Positions 40,139 through 51,026 of a DNA stretch of 64,000 bases are shown here, piece by piece. The notes beneath the pieces were generated by a model, which saw only the letters and a list, made by a program, of their open reading frames with translations, was not told the origin of the DNA and did no database searches. The number at the start of each line of letters is the position of its first letter. Positions within the stretch are counted from its first letter, which is position 1. Origin of the DNA: Octopus vulgaris (lineage: Eukaryota); contig OX597840.1 in assembly GCA_951406725.2 (NCBI GenBank), positions 34,596,001 to 34,660,000 on the forward strand. Direction: 5' to 3'. The position numbers and the translations under genes were made by a program.

Positions 40139-40399
40139 GTGAGAATATACTTTTTTTTCTTCTTTTTTTGTTATTGATCACTTAAAAGATTTATTAAAAA
40201 CATATTCATAAAATGTTTTTTTTTCTATTTCTAAAGAACAAATTTTAATTGAAATGTTTTTTGTTACTGTGTTGAACATTTGTCTCTGCTACCACAGGTG
40301 GGATTGGGACAGGTGTGAAACTTTTGAGCAGTTTGTTTTGTAGCTTGACATACCACTAATAACTCTGTTATAAAACCATGCTGCTGCTTTATGCTCTTC

Positions 40400-40975
40400 C
40401 TTGATGGGGCTGGGGTCATCCCAGGTTAGTGGTCCCAGATCCACCAGTGCTCTCCATTGCTGGCAGTCTCGTGCCAGCCCCTCTTGCATCCTCCAAGGTG
40501 ACGTTGAGCCTCTGGAGATCTTCCTTAATCACATCCAGCCATCCGGTACAGGGCCTGCCACAAGGCCTCCTCTAACCTACAGCTACTGCATAGAATGAGA
40601 GAAAACCATGGCAGGATGATCTACCAGGAGACAGAGGACAAGTCTGTTACTGTACATGTGATGGATAGCTATGAGGTGGTGAGCTGGCAGAAACGTTAGC
40701 ACGCCGGGCAAAGTGCGTAGTCGTATTTCGTTCGTCTTTATGTTCTGAGTTCAAATTCCGCCGAGGTCGACTTTGCCTTTCATCCTTTTGGGTCAATAAA
40801 TTAAGTACCAGTTACGCACTGGGGTCGATGTAATCAACTTAATCCGTTTGTCTATCCTTGTTTGTCCCCTCTATGTTTAGCCCTTTGTGGGTAATAAGGA
40901 AACGGATAGCTATGAGGTGGGAGGCTGCAGGCTGATGTGTGCTAGCAAGCTTTGAAACTTCTGATCATGTGCCCA
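40400..40975 (-). mobile_element. RTE-like LINE 3' fragment, interrupted by a SINE
   Basis: Minus strand reads RPCGRPCTGWLDVIKEDLQRLNVTLEDA / EGLARDCQQWRALV, the decayed RTE C-terminal 'R.RGRP...W...I..DL' and 'LA.DR..WR' motifs. Confidence 0.75.
40672..40903 (+). mobile_element. SINE family A, full length with TSD
   Basis: 17-bp direct repeat GGATAGCTATGAGGTGG at 40663-40679 and 40904-40920; A/B box head GAGCTGGCAGAAACG..GAGTTCAAATTCC. Confidence 0.9.
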
Positions 40976-41778
40976 GTAGTAGTCTACAATATTAAAGCCT
41001 AACAGGTATTCTATTGTCTTTAATTTTTGCATTTGGTGTGCAAGATTCTTGATGTGAACTTGTGCTGAAACAGATTTTGTTTGGACTTGGGAGATGCAGA
41101 CCTCAAATAGAGAGGGTATGGCATTGATGAGGTCATGAATGGTGACAAAAGGACTTTGACAAACAATCCATCCATCTTCTCTGCCCACTATTCCTAGGAG
41201 GGTTGTTGGTGGGTAGAGTCCTCAATCCCCTTCTCCAAAGTGTCCTGTTAGAAGCAACTATCATTACGATTTCTGGCTTGATCAACTGAGATGATATTCT
41301 CCAACCATCTTATTGGTTAATGAATTGGCTACTAAGACCAATAATTAAAGAAGCTGAATTAGAACCAGCACGTGTGTTTGTTGTTGGCCCAATGACCCTA
41401 CCAAAGTACAGCAAGATTATAATTTCTATGTTTTAGTTTACTCAGTTGTGTTGAGGATCATCTGGAGTTGATAGCAGAGGTAGACTAGCATCCTTTCCAT
41501 TTAGAGATTTATGCCATGAAGCCATTGCTAAGCAATGCATCATGTGATGCAGTGAGAGAAGATGAATCTAAGCAGTTCTGATCTTTTGCAGACAACTAAA
41601 CTTCTTTCATTGACAAGTTTAATTCTTAATTTCAACCAGATGAAGTGATACACATTTAACAGTCAGAAAATATTTTACTTTGTCATAATCCTCATGTTTC
41701 ATTCTTTGTACTAATTTCAACATCACAATATTTCACTATTTTAACCTCTTGAGATTATAATATTTAAATAATTTTTAT

Positions 41779-41982
41779 GAATGGTCATTTTGCCAGTTTA
41801 GCCAATAAAAACACACGCACTATATATTTGGTGTTACTTTGCTTCAGTGTTATTTATTTTTTACATTAATCTTAATCTTATTTCGGCCAGAGTTCAGTAA
41901 AAAATAAATAACACTGAAGCAAAATAACACCAAATATATAGTGCGTGTGTTTTTATTGGCTAAACTGGCAAAATGACCATTC
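41779..41982. repeat. Long inverted repeat: 86-bp arms, 32-nt loop, one mismatch
   Basis: 41779-41864 is the reverse complement of 41897-41982 except C41837 opposite A41924. Confidence 0.95.
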
Positions 41983-42893
41983 CGAAATATAACAATAACT
42001 GTTTCAACACACGACTTCACATAAAAAAAAAATCTTGCACAACAAATATTTAAACGTACTAATTTTTATGAAGTTACTTGGCAAACCCTGAAGATAGCAG
42101 GATGCAACACTAGATGTTGTAAAGTTAATCCCTCTTCTTCAGACAACTTCAGCTTTATATAGAGAGAGATTATGTTTATATATTTTATGCTTCAAAGGAC
42201 TTCTTTCCCCTTGTTTTGTAAGAAAAGCTTGCATTGTTAAAGTAAAAATTTGGTGGTTATAATACTTCATACTCTTACTGAACAATTTATATTTTCATAG
42301 AATTAGAAAAAAAAATTTTTTTTTAAAGCTACTACAAACACAATTCACTTCTATGATATAGTGAGCTGGTAGAGTCGTTAGTGGCACTTCTGCCGACATT
42401 TTACCTTCAGAGATCAAATGCTCCCGTGGTCAACTTTTCTCGTTATCTTTCTAGGTCATTAAAATAAGTCCCAGTTCAACCAAGCAGTCAATGCAATTGA
42501 CTTTCCTCTTCTCAAAATAGCTGGCCTTGTGCCAAAATTAGAAAGAATACGATATAGGGAATATCTTGTAATGGCTTATAATGGCCAATTATTGTTTTAA
42601 AATTATGAGTGGACCTAAGGAGGTAAGTTTCAGTTTATGAAGAAATAAAGATTGAAAGCTGATGTAGTTGAATGAACTGATGTCCATTTGTTGGGAACAG
42701 TCTGGGGTAAAGAGGAGGCTTTGACCATACTAGTGTGAAGGGTGTCCAGGATTTGGGGACTACTCTAGTCTTTTTTGTGTTGTTGCATCGTCTTTTGATC
42801 TTAATTTTGAACATGTGTACATGTGCATGTCTCTGACTCTGTCTGTCTGTCTCTCTCTCTCTCTCCTCCTCCTCCACATCTCTCTCCTCCTCA

Positions 42894-42931
<38 letters not shown>

Positions 42932-43088
42932 CTGTATTTGTTGCTTTCTCAGTTTGTATTTAACTGTACTGTACTGTGCTCTCTCTCTCTCTCTCTCTCT
43001 TCCGTAGTAGATGATATATAAAAAAAAAATTTAAAGCCATGTATTGAGTTCTTCTCTGTAATTTGTTGTAACTCCTTTCTGTCTGTAG

Positions 43089-43172
43089 CCAGCCTATTCA
43101 GCAGCTGCCGTGATGGTATCACAGCCACCACCTCCAGTCTATATGGCTCCAACATATCCAACATATCAACCG
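43089..43172 (+). CDS. boule: Boule exon, DAZ-repeat-like (PAYSAAAVMVSQPPPPVYMAPTYPTYQP)
   Basis: CTTTCTGTCTGTAG acceptor, CCG|GTAAGA donor, 84 nt, phase 0/0; resembles BOULE PVMVAQPIYQQPAYHYQ. Confidence 0.92.
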
Positions 43173-43641
43173 GTAAGACAAATTTGTTGAAGGTTTTCCA
43201 CGCTTCATCCGACATGTATATATATATATTCCATAGTTTATATCTAGCTGCTAACTAGATTGCCTCTGCTGTCATTTCACTTCACAGACGTATAAGTTAT
43301 TGACTTAGGCATCACTGTTCTCTGCAGTTATCTAAGCCTATACTTCTCTTCAAGATAAAACCCTTGGGAGACGTTGAATTCAGTTCTATAAACTACAGAT
43401 ATATCACTTTTACAGTTCTAACACTGCTTTAAGCAGGTAGTTAACTATTCAACTCTGTAGTGCATATTTACAGTTAAGTGGACTGGGTTATTGAAAGTTA
43501 ATTAAGTGTCATTAAAGGACATGACAGCAACTGGTTTCTGAAATTGTGCCCATATTTTATTGTCAATGCTGTTTAGATGGTGTAAAGCACCCAATTTCTT
43601 AATATGCACTTGGAGAGAGCTTTTCATGCATGCATGCGTGC

Positions 43642-43686
<45 letters not shown>

Positions 43687-44080
43687 AGGCACAGATGTGG
43701 CTGTGTGTGTTTTAGGCACAGATGTGGCTGTGTGGTAAGAAGTTTGCTTTCCAACCACATGGTTTCAGGTTCATTTCTATACTGCATGGCACCTTGGGCA
43801 AGTGTCTGCTACTATAGCCCCAAGCCAACCAAAAGCCTTGTGAATAGATCTGGTAGGTGGAAATAGTACGTGTGTGTGTGTGCGTGTGTTTGTTACCTTG
43901 TCTTGGCATTGCATCATAGTTGTTTGCAAGTCATTTACAATCTTCCATGAAAAACATGTTTAGCCATGGGGAAATATTACCTTACCTGGAACAGGTGAGG
44001 GATGGTGGCAGGAAGAGCATCCAGCCATAGAAAATCTGCCTTCACATTTGATCCAACTCGTGGAAAAATGATGGTTTTAT
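43687..44080 (+). mobile_element. SINE family B with duplicated head
   Basis: TGTTTTAGGCACAGATGTGGCTGTGTG occurs twice in tandem, followed by the family B body. Confidence 0.75.
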
Positions 44081-44124
44081 ATAAATATATATATATATAT
44101 GTTTTACATTAAAATGATAATGAT

Positions 44125-44170
44125 TGTGTGTGTATATATATATATGTGTATATATATGTGTGTGTGTGTG

Positions 44171-44221
<51 letters not shown>

Positions 44222-44326
44222 GTGTGTATATATATATATGTATATATATATATGTGTGTGTATATATATATCTATATATATATATGTATATATGTGTGTG
44301 TATATATATATATGTATATATGTGTC

Positions 44327-44359
<33 letters not shown>

Positions 44360-44482
44360 GTGTGTGTATATATATATATGTGTGTGTATATATATGTGTG
44401 TGTGTATATGTGTGTATATATATGTATATATGTGTGTGTGTGTGTGTGTGTGTATATACACACACACACACACACACATATA
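44125..44482. repeat. (TG)/(TA) compound microsatellite
   Basis: Direct reading. Confidence 0.95.
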
Positions 44483-44543
44483 TAATTTAATTGTGAAATT
44501 GTAAGCAGAATTACAAACGTTTTTCTCTTCTAACTTCTTACAG

Positions 44544-44600
44544 GGAACACCACCTCAATGGACAACCCCAACACCAAGCCAATGGCGCTGGACAGCTCAG
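44544..44600 (+). CDS. boule: Boule exon ([19 protein letters not shown])
   Basis: CTAAC branch-like site + CTTACAG acceptor, CAG|GTATTT donor, 57 nt, phase 0/0; QWRW matches BOULE PGQWQW. Confidence 0.92.
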
Positions 44601-46372
44601 GTATTTCATCATTACATAAGTATTCACTCTTAATTTAAATAGGATAAAATATATTCTTTTACCTTCTCTTATAATTTAAGAATTTTGAGATCAGTGTTAT
44701 AAAGTTATTTTTATATTTCTTAGAAAATATCTTAAATTATAAATAGCATTTAATTTCCTGACCTCGTCAACCTCCAGATATTGTATATACTGTAAGTTGT
44801 CTACGGACTTTTATTAATTTTTGGTGTCCAAGAATTTAAGCTGCTCTTGAAATCTGTAATTCTACTAAGTTACTCTGTTATACAGTTGATAGCGTAGCTC
44901 TTACATTCCTTAAAGGATTTAATTGATAATTCTACAGTTAGTGAAGGTGATGTTGGTGGTGGTGATGGTGATGGTGGTGGTGATGATGGTGATGAAGACA
45001 ATGTGTTTGCGTTTAGTTACTATTACAAACATATTGTTAAGGTTACCGATCAGTTATACATAATGATAGGGAAGACAATATTCTTGAGTGAGCAAGGAGA
45101 AGTGAACTGCTGGCTGGCTATTATGTGAATTATAGAATTTTCGTTAAAAATATGTTTATAATTACAATAAATGTTTTCCTCTTTCTGTAATAATTACTTT
45201 TTGATATTTAATGAAAAGAGCTAAATTACCCAAAAACACTCTCATAAATCCAGACCAGGTTTTGAAACATATAAGCTACTTTAGTGATCTTGTTGTTAAC
45301 AGACTGGGGTTAATACAATTCTTGTGGCATCATGCATTTCAGAACTGGTTGACCGATATAGTTCCATATGGTACTGTGTCATAAAGGAAGTTAAAAAGTT
45401 AATTAATCAAGTTATTTAATTCAATTGAGATCATTATCACTGCAGATTCTCCCTCATTCCTTTAGTTTCACAATTGGTAAAAAACATATAGGTTTGTCTT
45501 TGTGGGAAAAATGTTTTATTAAATATAGTTAGAAGCAGATTTATTTCTTTGAATTACTTGCGTTTTATGCATAAATGTCCAGGTGTGTTGAGGGTTAGTT
45601 TCTGTTTCTGTCTTAAGAATAGAGTAATAAATATAGCTAAAATTAATTGGCTGGTTCATCTTGGCTTTTAATAAGGATGATAATAATAGTGGTGGTGGAC
45701 AAAAGAGATAAGGCAAAGAATAGTTTGTGTTCACTGAAATATTCAACTTTTTATTACACATTGAAAGGAAAACTTAGGTTGTTTATGCTGAAAATTTTCT
45801 TTATTTCACTGATCTTCTGATCCCTTATTTAAAAATTATTGTTGCTGAGATTACACAACAATTGCTAGTAAAATACTAAAACAAAGTAAACTTATTATAT
45901 TGTTAGTTTTTTACTTGAACGAAATTTTATTCAGTATGAAAGATATTTTATTCGGTATGAAATTGAGTAAAGAAAAGATGAAAATTTTGAATCCTAAACA
46001 CGATCATAGTTAAAACAAAAACCCCACAGATAATCTACATTTTTAACTTGGTTAAGGCTTGTTGTATATTTTAAGTACATTCTGTAAATTTAAGTTGTAA
46101 CCTAACAAAGGAAGTTGGGGTTTCAATTTCAAAATTCATTTAGAAACAAATCCACGAACATTTATAAGCAAGACAAATATGTCATTCGTTAAATAAGTCA
46201 GCTTTCAGGGGAAGAAAAAAATGAACAATTGTTTCCCCTCTTTTAATTAACTCTTGTTTAATTCTCATCGACTAATTAACAATTACTGACACAACAACCT
46301 AATTTGCTTCTTTTTGTCCTGTTGTTCTAAATAATGCAGTGATGAAAACGTGTATGTGTGCTGTTTTTCCAG

Positions 46373-46552
46373 AATCCTGGTCAAAGTGTAGCCGCGGCCA
46401 CTGCTGCCACTGCTGCGACAGCCCCTGGTTATGTCTTTGCTGCCATCCCTCACTCTCCGGACCTGATGTATGCCCAGCCTCCTCCCCAACCTACGTTCCA
46501 GCACACTGACATCACCGAAGCAACAACTATGCTTGAGGCGCCTCCTCTTGAG
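46373..46552 (+). CDS. boule: Boule exon (NPGQSVAAAT...DLMYAQPPPQ...MLEAPPLE)
   Basis: TTTTTCCAG acceptor, GAG|GTAATT donor, 180 nt, phase 0/0; GC-rich, coding-like and Pro/Ala/Gln-rich, as expected for a Boule tail. Confidence 0.9.
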
Positions 46553-46940
46553 GTAATTCGCAGTCCTTTTACCATGTGATAGCTCCTCACACTAGCCAAG
46601 CTAACATGCCTACCTTGTTGGCTTGCCACTTTTTTAATTTAATTAACATTGCCCATTGACGCAAATCACCTTATGGCATAACGAGCTAGATCTAAATGAA
46701 GCATTCATTAAGTATTTATAAACATGTACAAGCTTTATTCCTATTCTGTTTTATTTGTGCTGGTAGTATCGTTTCCAAATAATGATAACAGTAACAAAAA
46801 GTCTTAAGCTATTCTCCAAATAAGGACAAAAATCTATCTCTAGATTGTGGTGGAGGTGGTGGTAATGGTGGTGATGTTGACAGCAATCATGCTTTGAAAA
46901 AAATGCTTACCTCTAAAATATTTAAGATGATCTCTTTTAA

Positions 46941-47164
46941 CCCTTTTGATACCAACTCATCTGAGACCTCCGAGTTCTAAAATACAAACTTCCTGCTTAA
47001 AGTGATCTTAATTAAAATGTTCCAGCAAAATTTCTCGTTAATTTATGCTCTAAACACCAGCTTAATAATGGCAAAGTTATTTTACTAAATTCTTTGTCAT
47101 TTTTCAAAATTCTTTGAGACGAAGGTGCTATATATATTTCAACAGAAATACGGTAACGAAAGGG
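46941..47164. mobile_element. TTAA-type MITE, second family
   Basis: TTAA|CCCTTTTGATACC ... GGTAACGAAAGGG|TTGA imperfect TIRs. Confidence 0.65.
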
Positions 47165-47545
47165 TTGAACTAATTAGTTTGGGATTAAGGGTGAAGAGTA
47201 GTAGAAAAAGTGTTTTGAGTACCAGATCCTTGATGTTCTGAATTTGATTCTCGTTAAGTATTTAATGGAGTCAATAATTTAAAAAATTAAGCCTTGTGCC
47301 TTGACAAAAGAAATTATTTTTTGAGAATAATGTCTATTTTCTTACATTTTCTAGTTAACTGTACAGTGTTATTTAATCCATGATTTCAGATATATTTTTT
47401 AACTATTTTGGATTAAAAATATAAATTTGTATATAAGGTTTTATATTTTTGGATTCTTGATACTACAAGCTTGTTCTCTTCTTTACTAAAGTCACATAAA
47501 GTATTGTTATATATAGTATTATTATTATGATGATGGTGATTATTA

Positions 47546-47945
47546 AGGCTTTTGAACTGGTAGAATTGTTAACGTCCCAAGCAAAAAATTGCTTAGCAGC
47601 AGTTGTGGTGCACCTGAGCACTGTATACAATAATTTCATTATTATTATTATTTCATCTGCCAGATCAGACTGGGCCTGATGCAGCCTTCTGGCTTCACAG
47701 ACCCCAGTTGAACCGTCCAACCCATGCTAGCATGGAAAGCGGACACTAAATGATGATGATGATGATGATGATGATTATTATTTCATCTGTCTTTACGTTG
47801 TGAGTTCAGATTCCACTGGGGTCACTTTTACCTTTCATCCTTTCAGGGTTGATAAAATAAGTACCAGTCAAAAAGCTGGGGTTGATGTAATCAACTTGAC
47901 CCCCTCACCAAATTTCTGACCTTGAGTCTATTGTAGAAAGGATTG
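47546..47945 (+). mobile_element. SINE family A with two nested insertions
   Basis: Head 47546-47601, body resumes at ~47780; interrupted by a LINE-like tip (47602-47650) and a family C 3' end (47660-47773). Confidence 0.8.
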
Positions 47946-49657
47946 TTACGATGATTACTTCTGTGTTGGTTTCCTTTGCTAGATATTTTTTATTCTGAAA
48001 TTATATCTGGCTGTTTATAATTTTAGAGACAGAGATAATTAGGGCTATTGAATGTTGTTTATTGGTTCCTTTTTTGATAAACTCCTTAATTAAATAAGAA
48101 GGGACTATTGACAAAAAACAAACATAGTAATCACTTACCCCAGATTTGGCATAATTATCAATTAGTTTATTGTAGTATTGTAAATATTACAAGGCAGTAC
48201 TTATATCTATAATAGGAGTTTGTAATTTAAAAACAGGAATATTTAAAATAATAATAATGATATATGATAATGATAATAAAATTTTATGAATTTATAATTT
48301 TATATAAATCATAAAGTTCTTAATAATAGTTTGAGTTAGAAATATTTGCTTACTTGATTAAACACCTCAAAATATTTAGCTACATATCTCTTAATGTCTT
48401 CAGTTAAAATTCTACCAATGTTTGGTTTAGCTTTCCTTGATTGATACCAGTAATCTACTCAAGCCAATTCAGTTAATTATATCCCTCTCTTTCAACATTT
48501 TGTTTTGTAAGATTTTCAGTTGTGAGAAACAAATAAGCGAGAACGTTAGGTATAATTAGGTATAATTATCACCCCCAAGATGATTATTCTTAAATGACCA
48601 TCCAAGTATTGTTTCCTAAGTGCACACACACACACATACACACACACACACACACCTATTATCACACATATACATGCATGGTGCGTGTTTGTATATGTCT
48701 TTCCATATATGTTTGTGTGCGTGTATGTGTGTCTGTGTATACCTATACATATAAGTGTGTGCATATGTATATTTTATAATGTTTGTGTATATCTAGTTAT
48801 GTGTGTGTGTATGTATGTTTATACTGTCAATATTTTAAAAAATATTATCACATCTAAATTATATATTGACTGTATGAATTTATTGGGAAGGGAATAGACA
48901 TATTTTTCCTAATTAATTATTTTCTTATTTTCTTAACTTATTTATATTTAGAGCATTATTATGGAAAATATATTTTGGTGATAATTGTTGTAGATACAGG
49001 ATCATATTAAGAAAGTATTAGTTTTTCTATTGTTGAAAAAAGTGTGTTTAAAATACTAGAATATAATGGTTATTCATTTTCCTGTTGTCTAGTTTTTGCT
49101 AAGGACACTGAAAAAAAAAGCACCCTCTAAACAGCTTGTTTTAAAAAAAAAGTAAAAAAGCTATATTATTTGGTTTGCATGTGAAAGCTTGTACAAATTT
49201 GCCTATGGAATAAGATGAAATTCTACAAGTTGAATCTCTGTCTGCACATGTAGTTCTTTTTTGTTTGTTTTGTGTGAGAGAGTAAACTATTTAAATGTAT
49301 ATCAGCTGTGTATAAATGTTCGCGTGTAACTTTGTATGTTTTTTTTTTTATGTGTGTGATTGTGTGTCCATAACCTTCCACCATACTTTTTTTCTTTTTT
49401 TTTTTTTTTTGAAATTAGCAATTTTTATTTGCTTTTCATGGGAGTGGGGGAAGAAAAAAACAAGGAGAATGTTTTAAAAATTCCCCTCTCCCAAAGATAT
49501 AGCATTTTGAGCAATCTTCAAATATTTGATGAATCAGATGACGGTATATAGTTTCTATTATGTAATTTTGCTGTATGTAGAATGTAAATTTCCTATGTAA
49601 TTTCATGTAAACATAGTTTTGCCATGTACTTGATATCAAGGAGTATGTATGCATGCA

Positions 49658-49688
<31 letters not shown>

Positions 49689-50883
49689 GTATACATACAT
49701 ATACATACACTCACATGCTTATTCGTTGTGTGTGTGTATATATACACATACATACATGCACACATACTTATGCATTGTATATGCATTTTGCATATATGTA
49801 TTAGTGTTTTGCTTAGGCATAGCAATGCTAATACCCTGGTGTTAAAACTCAATACACATAGGCTTCAGAATAGGGCATTAGTCGAGTACAGAGCATAATA
49901 TGAAATTAAACAACTGACAAAGGAATAGGAAATTATGCAATGAACTTCGTTAGGTTACGGTTGTTGCTGCTATAAGATGTCTTCTTATACACTACATGAA
50001 GATCTGGCCTGCGTTATATGAAACTAATGGGTTAGCAGACTCACCATCATTGCCATCTCATTGATCATTACATCTTTAAATCAATGACTGTCCCAAATTT
50101 ATTTACATTATTTGAAATATGCTGTAGCTTGGGCTCTTTTTTTTGTATGATCTTACTGACTCGATCACAGTTGTCAGAAGAGAATTATGGAACATGCTTA
50201 TGTTATAATATTAATTAAATTGAAAAGTATTTAATTAGATCTAAAAGTTTATCTAGAATTAAGGAATGTTTCTTTAGCTTCATACAAGTCACCTATGCCA
50301 TGTAGCATTCCATGTATCATGTGGGTAACGGCTGATGTACTGTATTGATGATGTAAGGAAATCATCCAGAAGAAAGAAACTAATTGAATTATCAATTTGT
50401 ATAGTGTACACAGAAAGTTAAATTCCACTTCATTAAAAATAATATTTATAATTAAGAGTTGTAATTTTTATACTTACAGTCGTTATGTTTCAATAACTAA
50501 GAATTAAAGACTTGTCATAATTTCATAAAATCTTTTATTTGTTACTTGGAATAAATGTATAAATTTTGGATTTAGTTTTAGTGGCCTTTACTTGTGCATT
50601 AGAAATCTATTAACCCTTCTACTGTGGAAAGCAGTTTCTTTTTTTTTTTTGTCATACCAGTCTATCTTCTTCTGAGGAATGTCAGGTTAGAGACCATTTT
50701 CTGTTGAGATATATCAAGTTTATTTAAGTGTTAAGCAACAGGGCTTGCAGAAAACACCAATTCCATTTTCAGTAGATATTTAACACCATTTCTGGAATAA
50801 CCATGAAATTTAATTTCACAATGAAAAGATGAAAGAACAATGAACACACACACACTATATATATGTGTATATATATATATATA

Positions 50884-51026
50884 TATATAAAAGAATTTTT
50901 TGTGTAATAAGATAAAAAACCAAGGCTGTATAGATATTAGAGCTGTAAGATCTTCTATCTATAAATGCTCTAATATCTATACAGCCTTGGTTTTTTTTAT
51001 CTTATCCCACAAAACATTCTTATATA
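50884..51026. repeat. Inverted repeat: ~37-bp near-perfect core arms, extended imperfectly to ~60 bp
   Basis: ATAAGATAAAAAACCAAGGCTGTATAGATATTAGAGC (50907-50943) pairs with GCTCTAATATCTATACAGCCTTGGTTTTTTTTATCTTAT (50967-51005). Confidence 0.9.
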
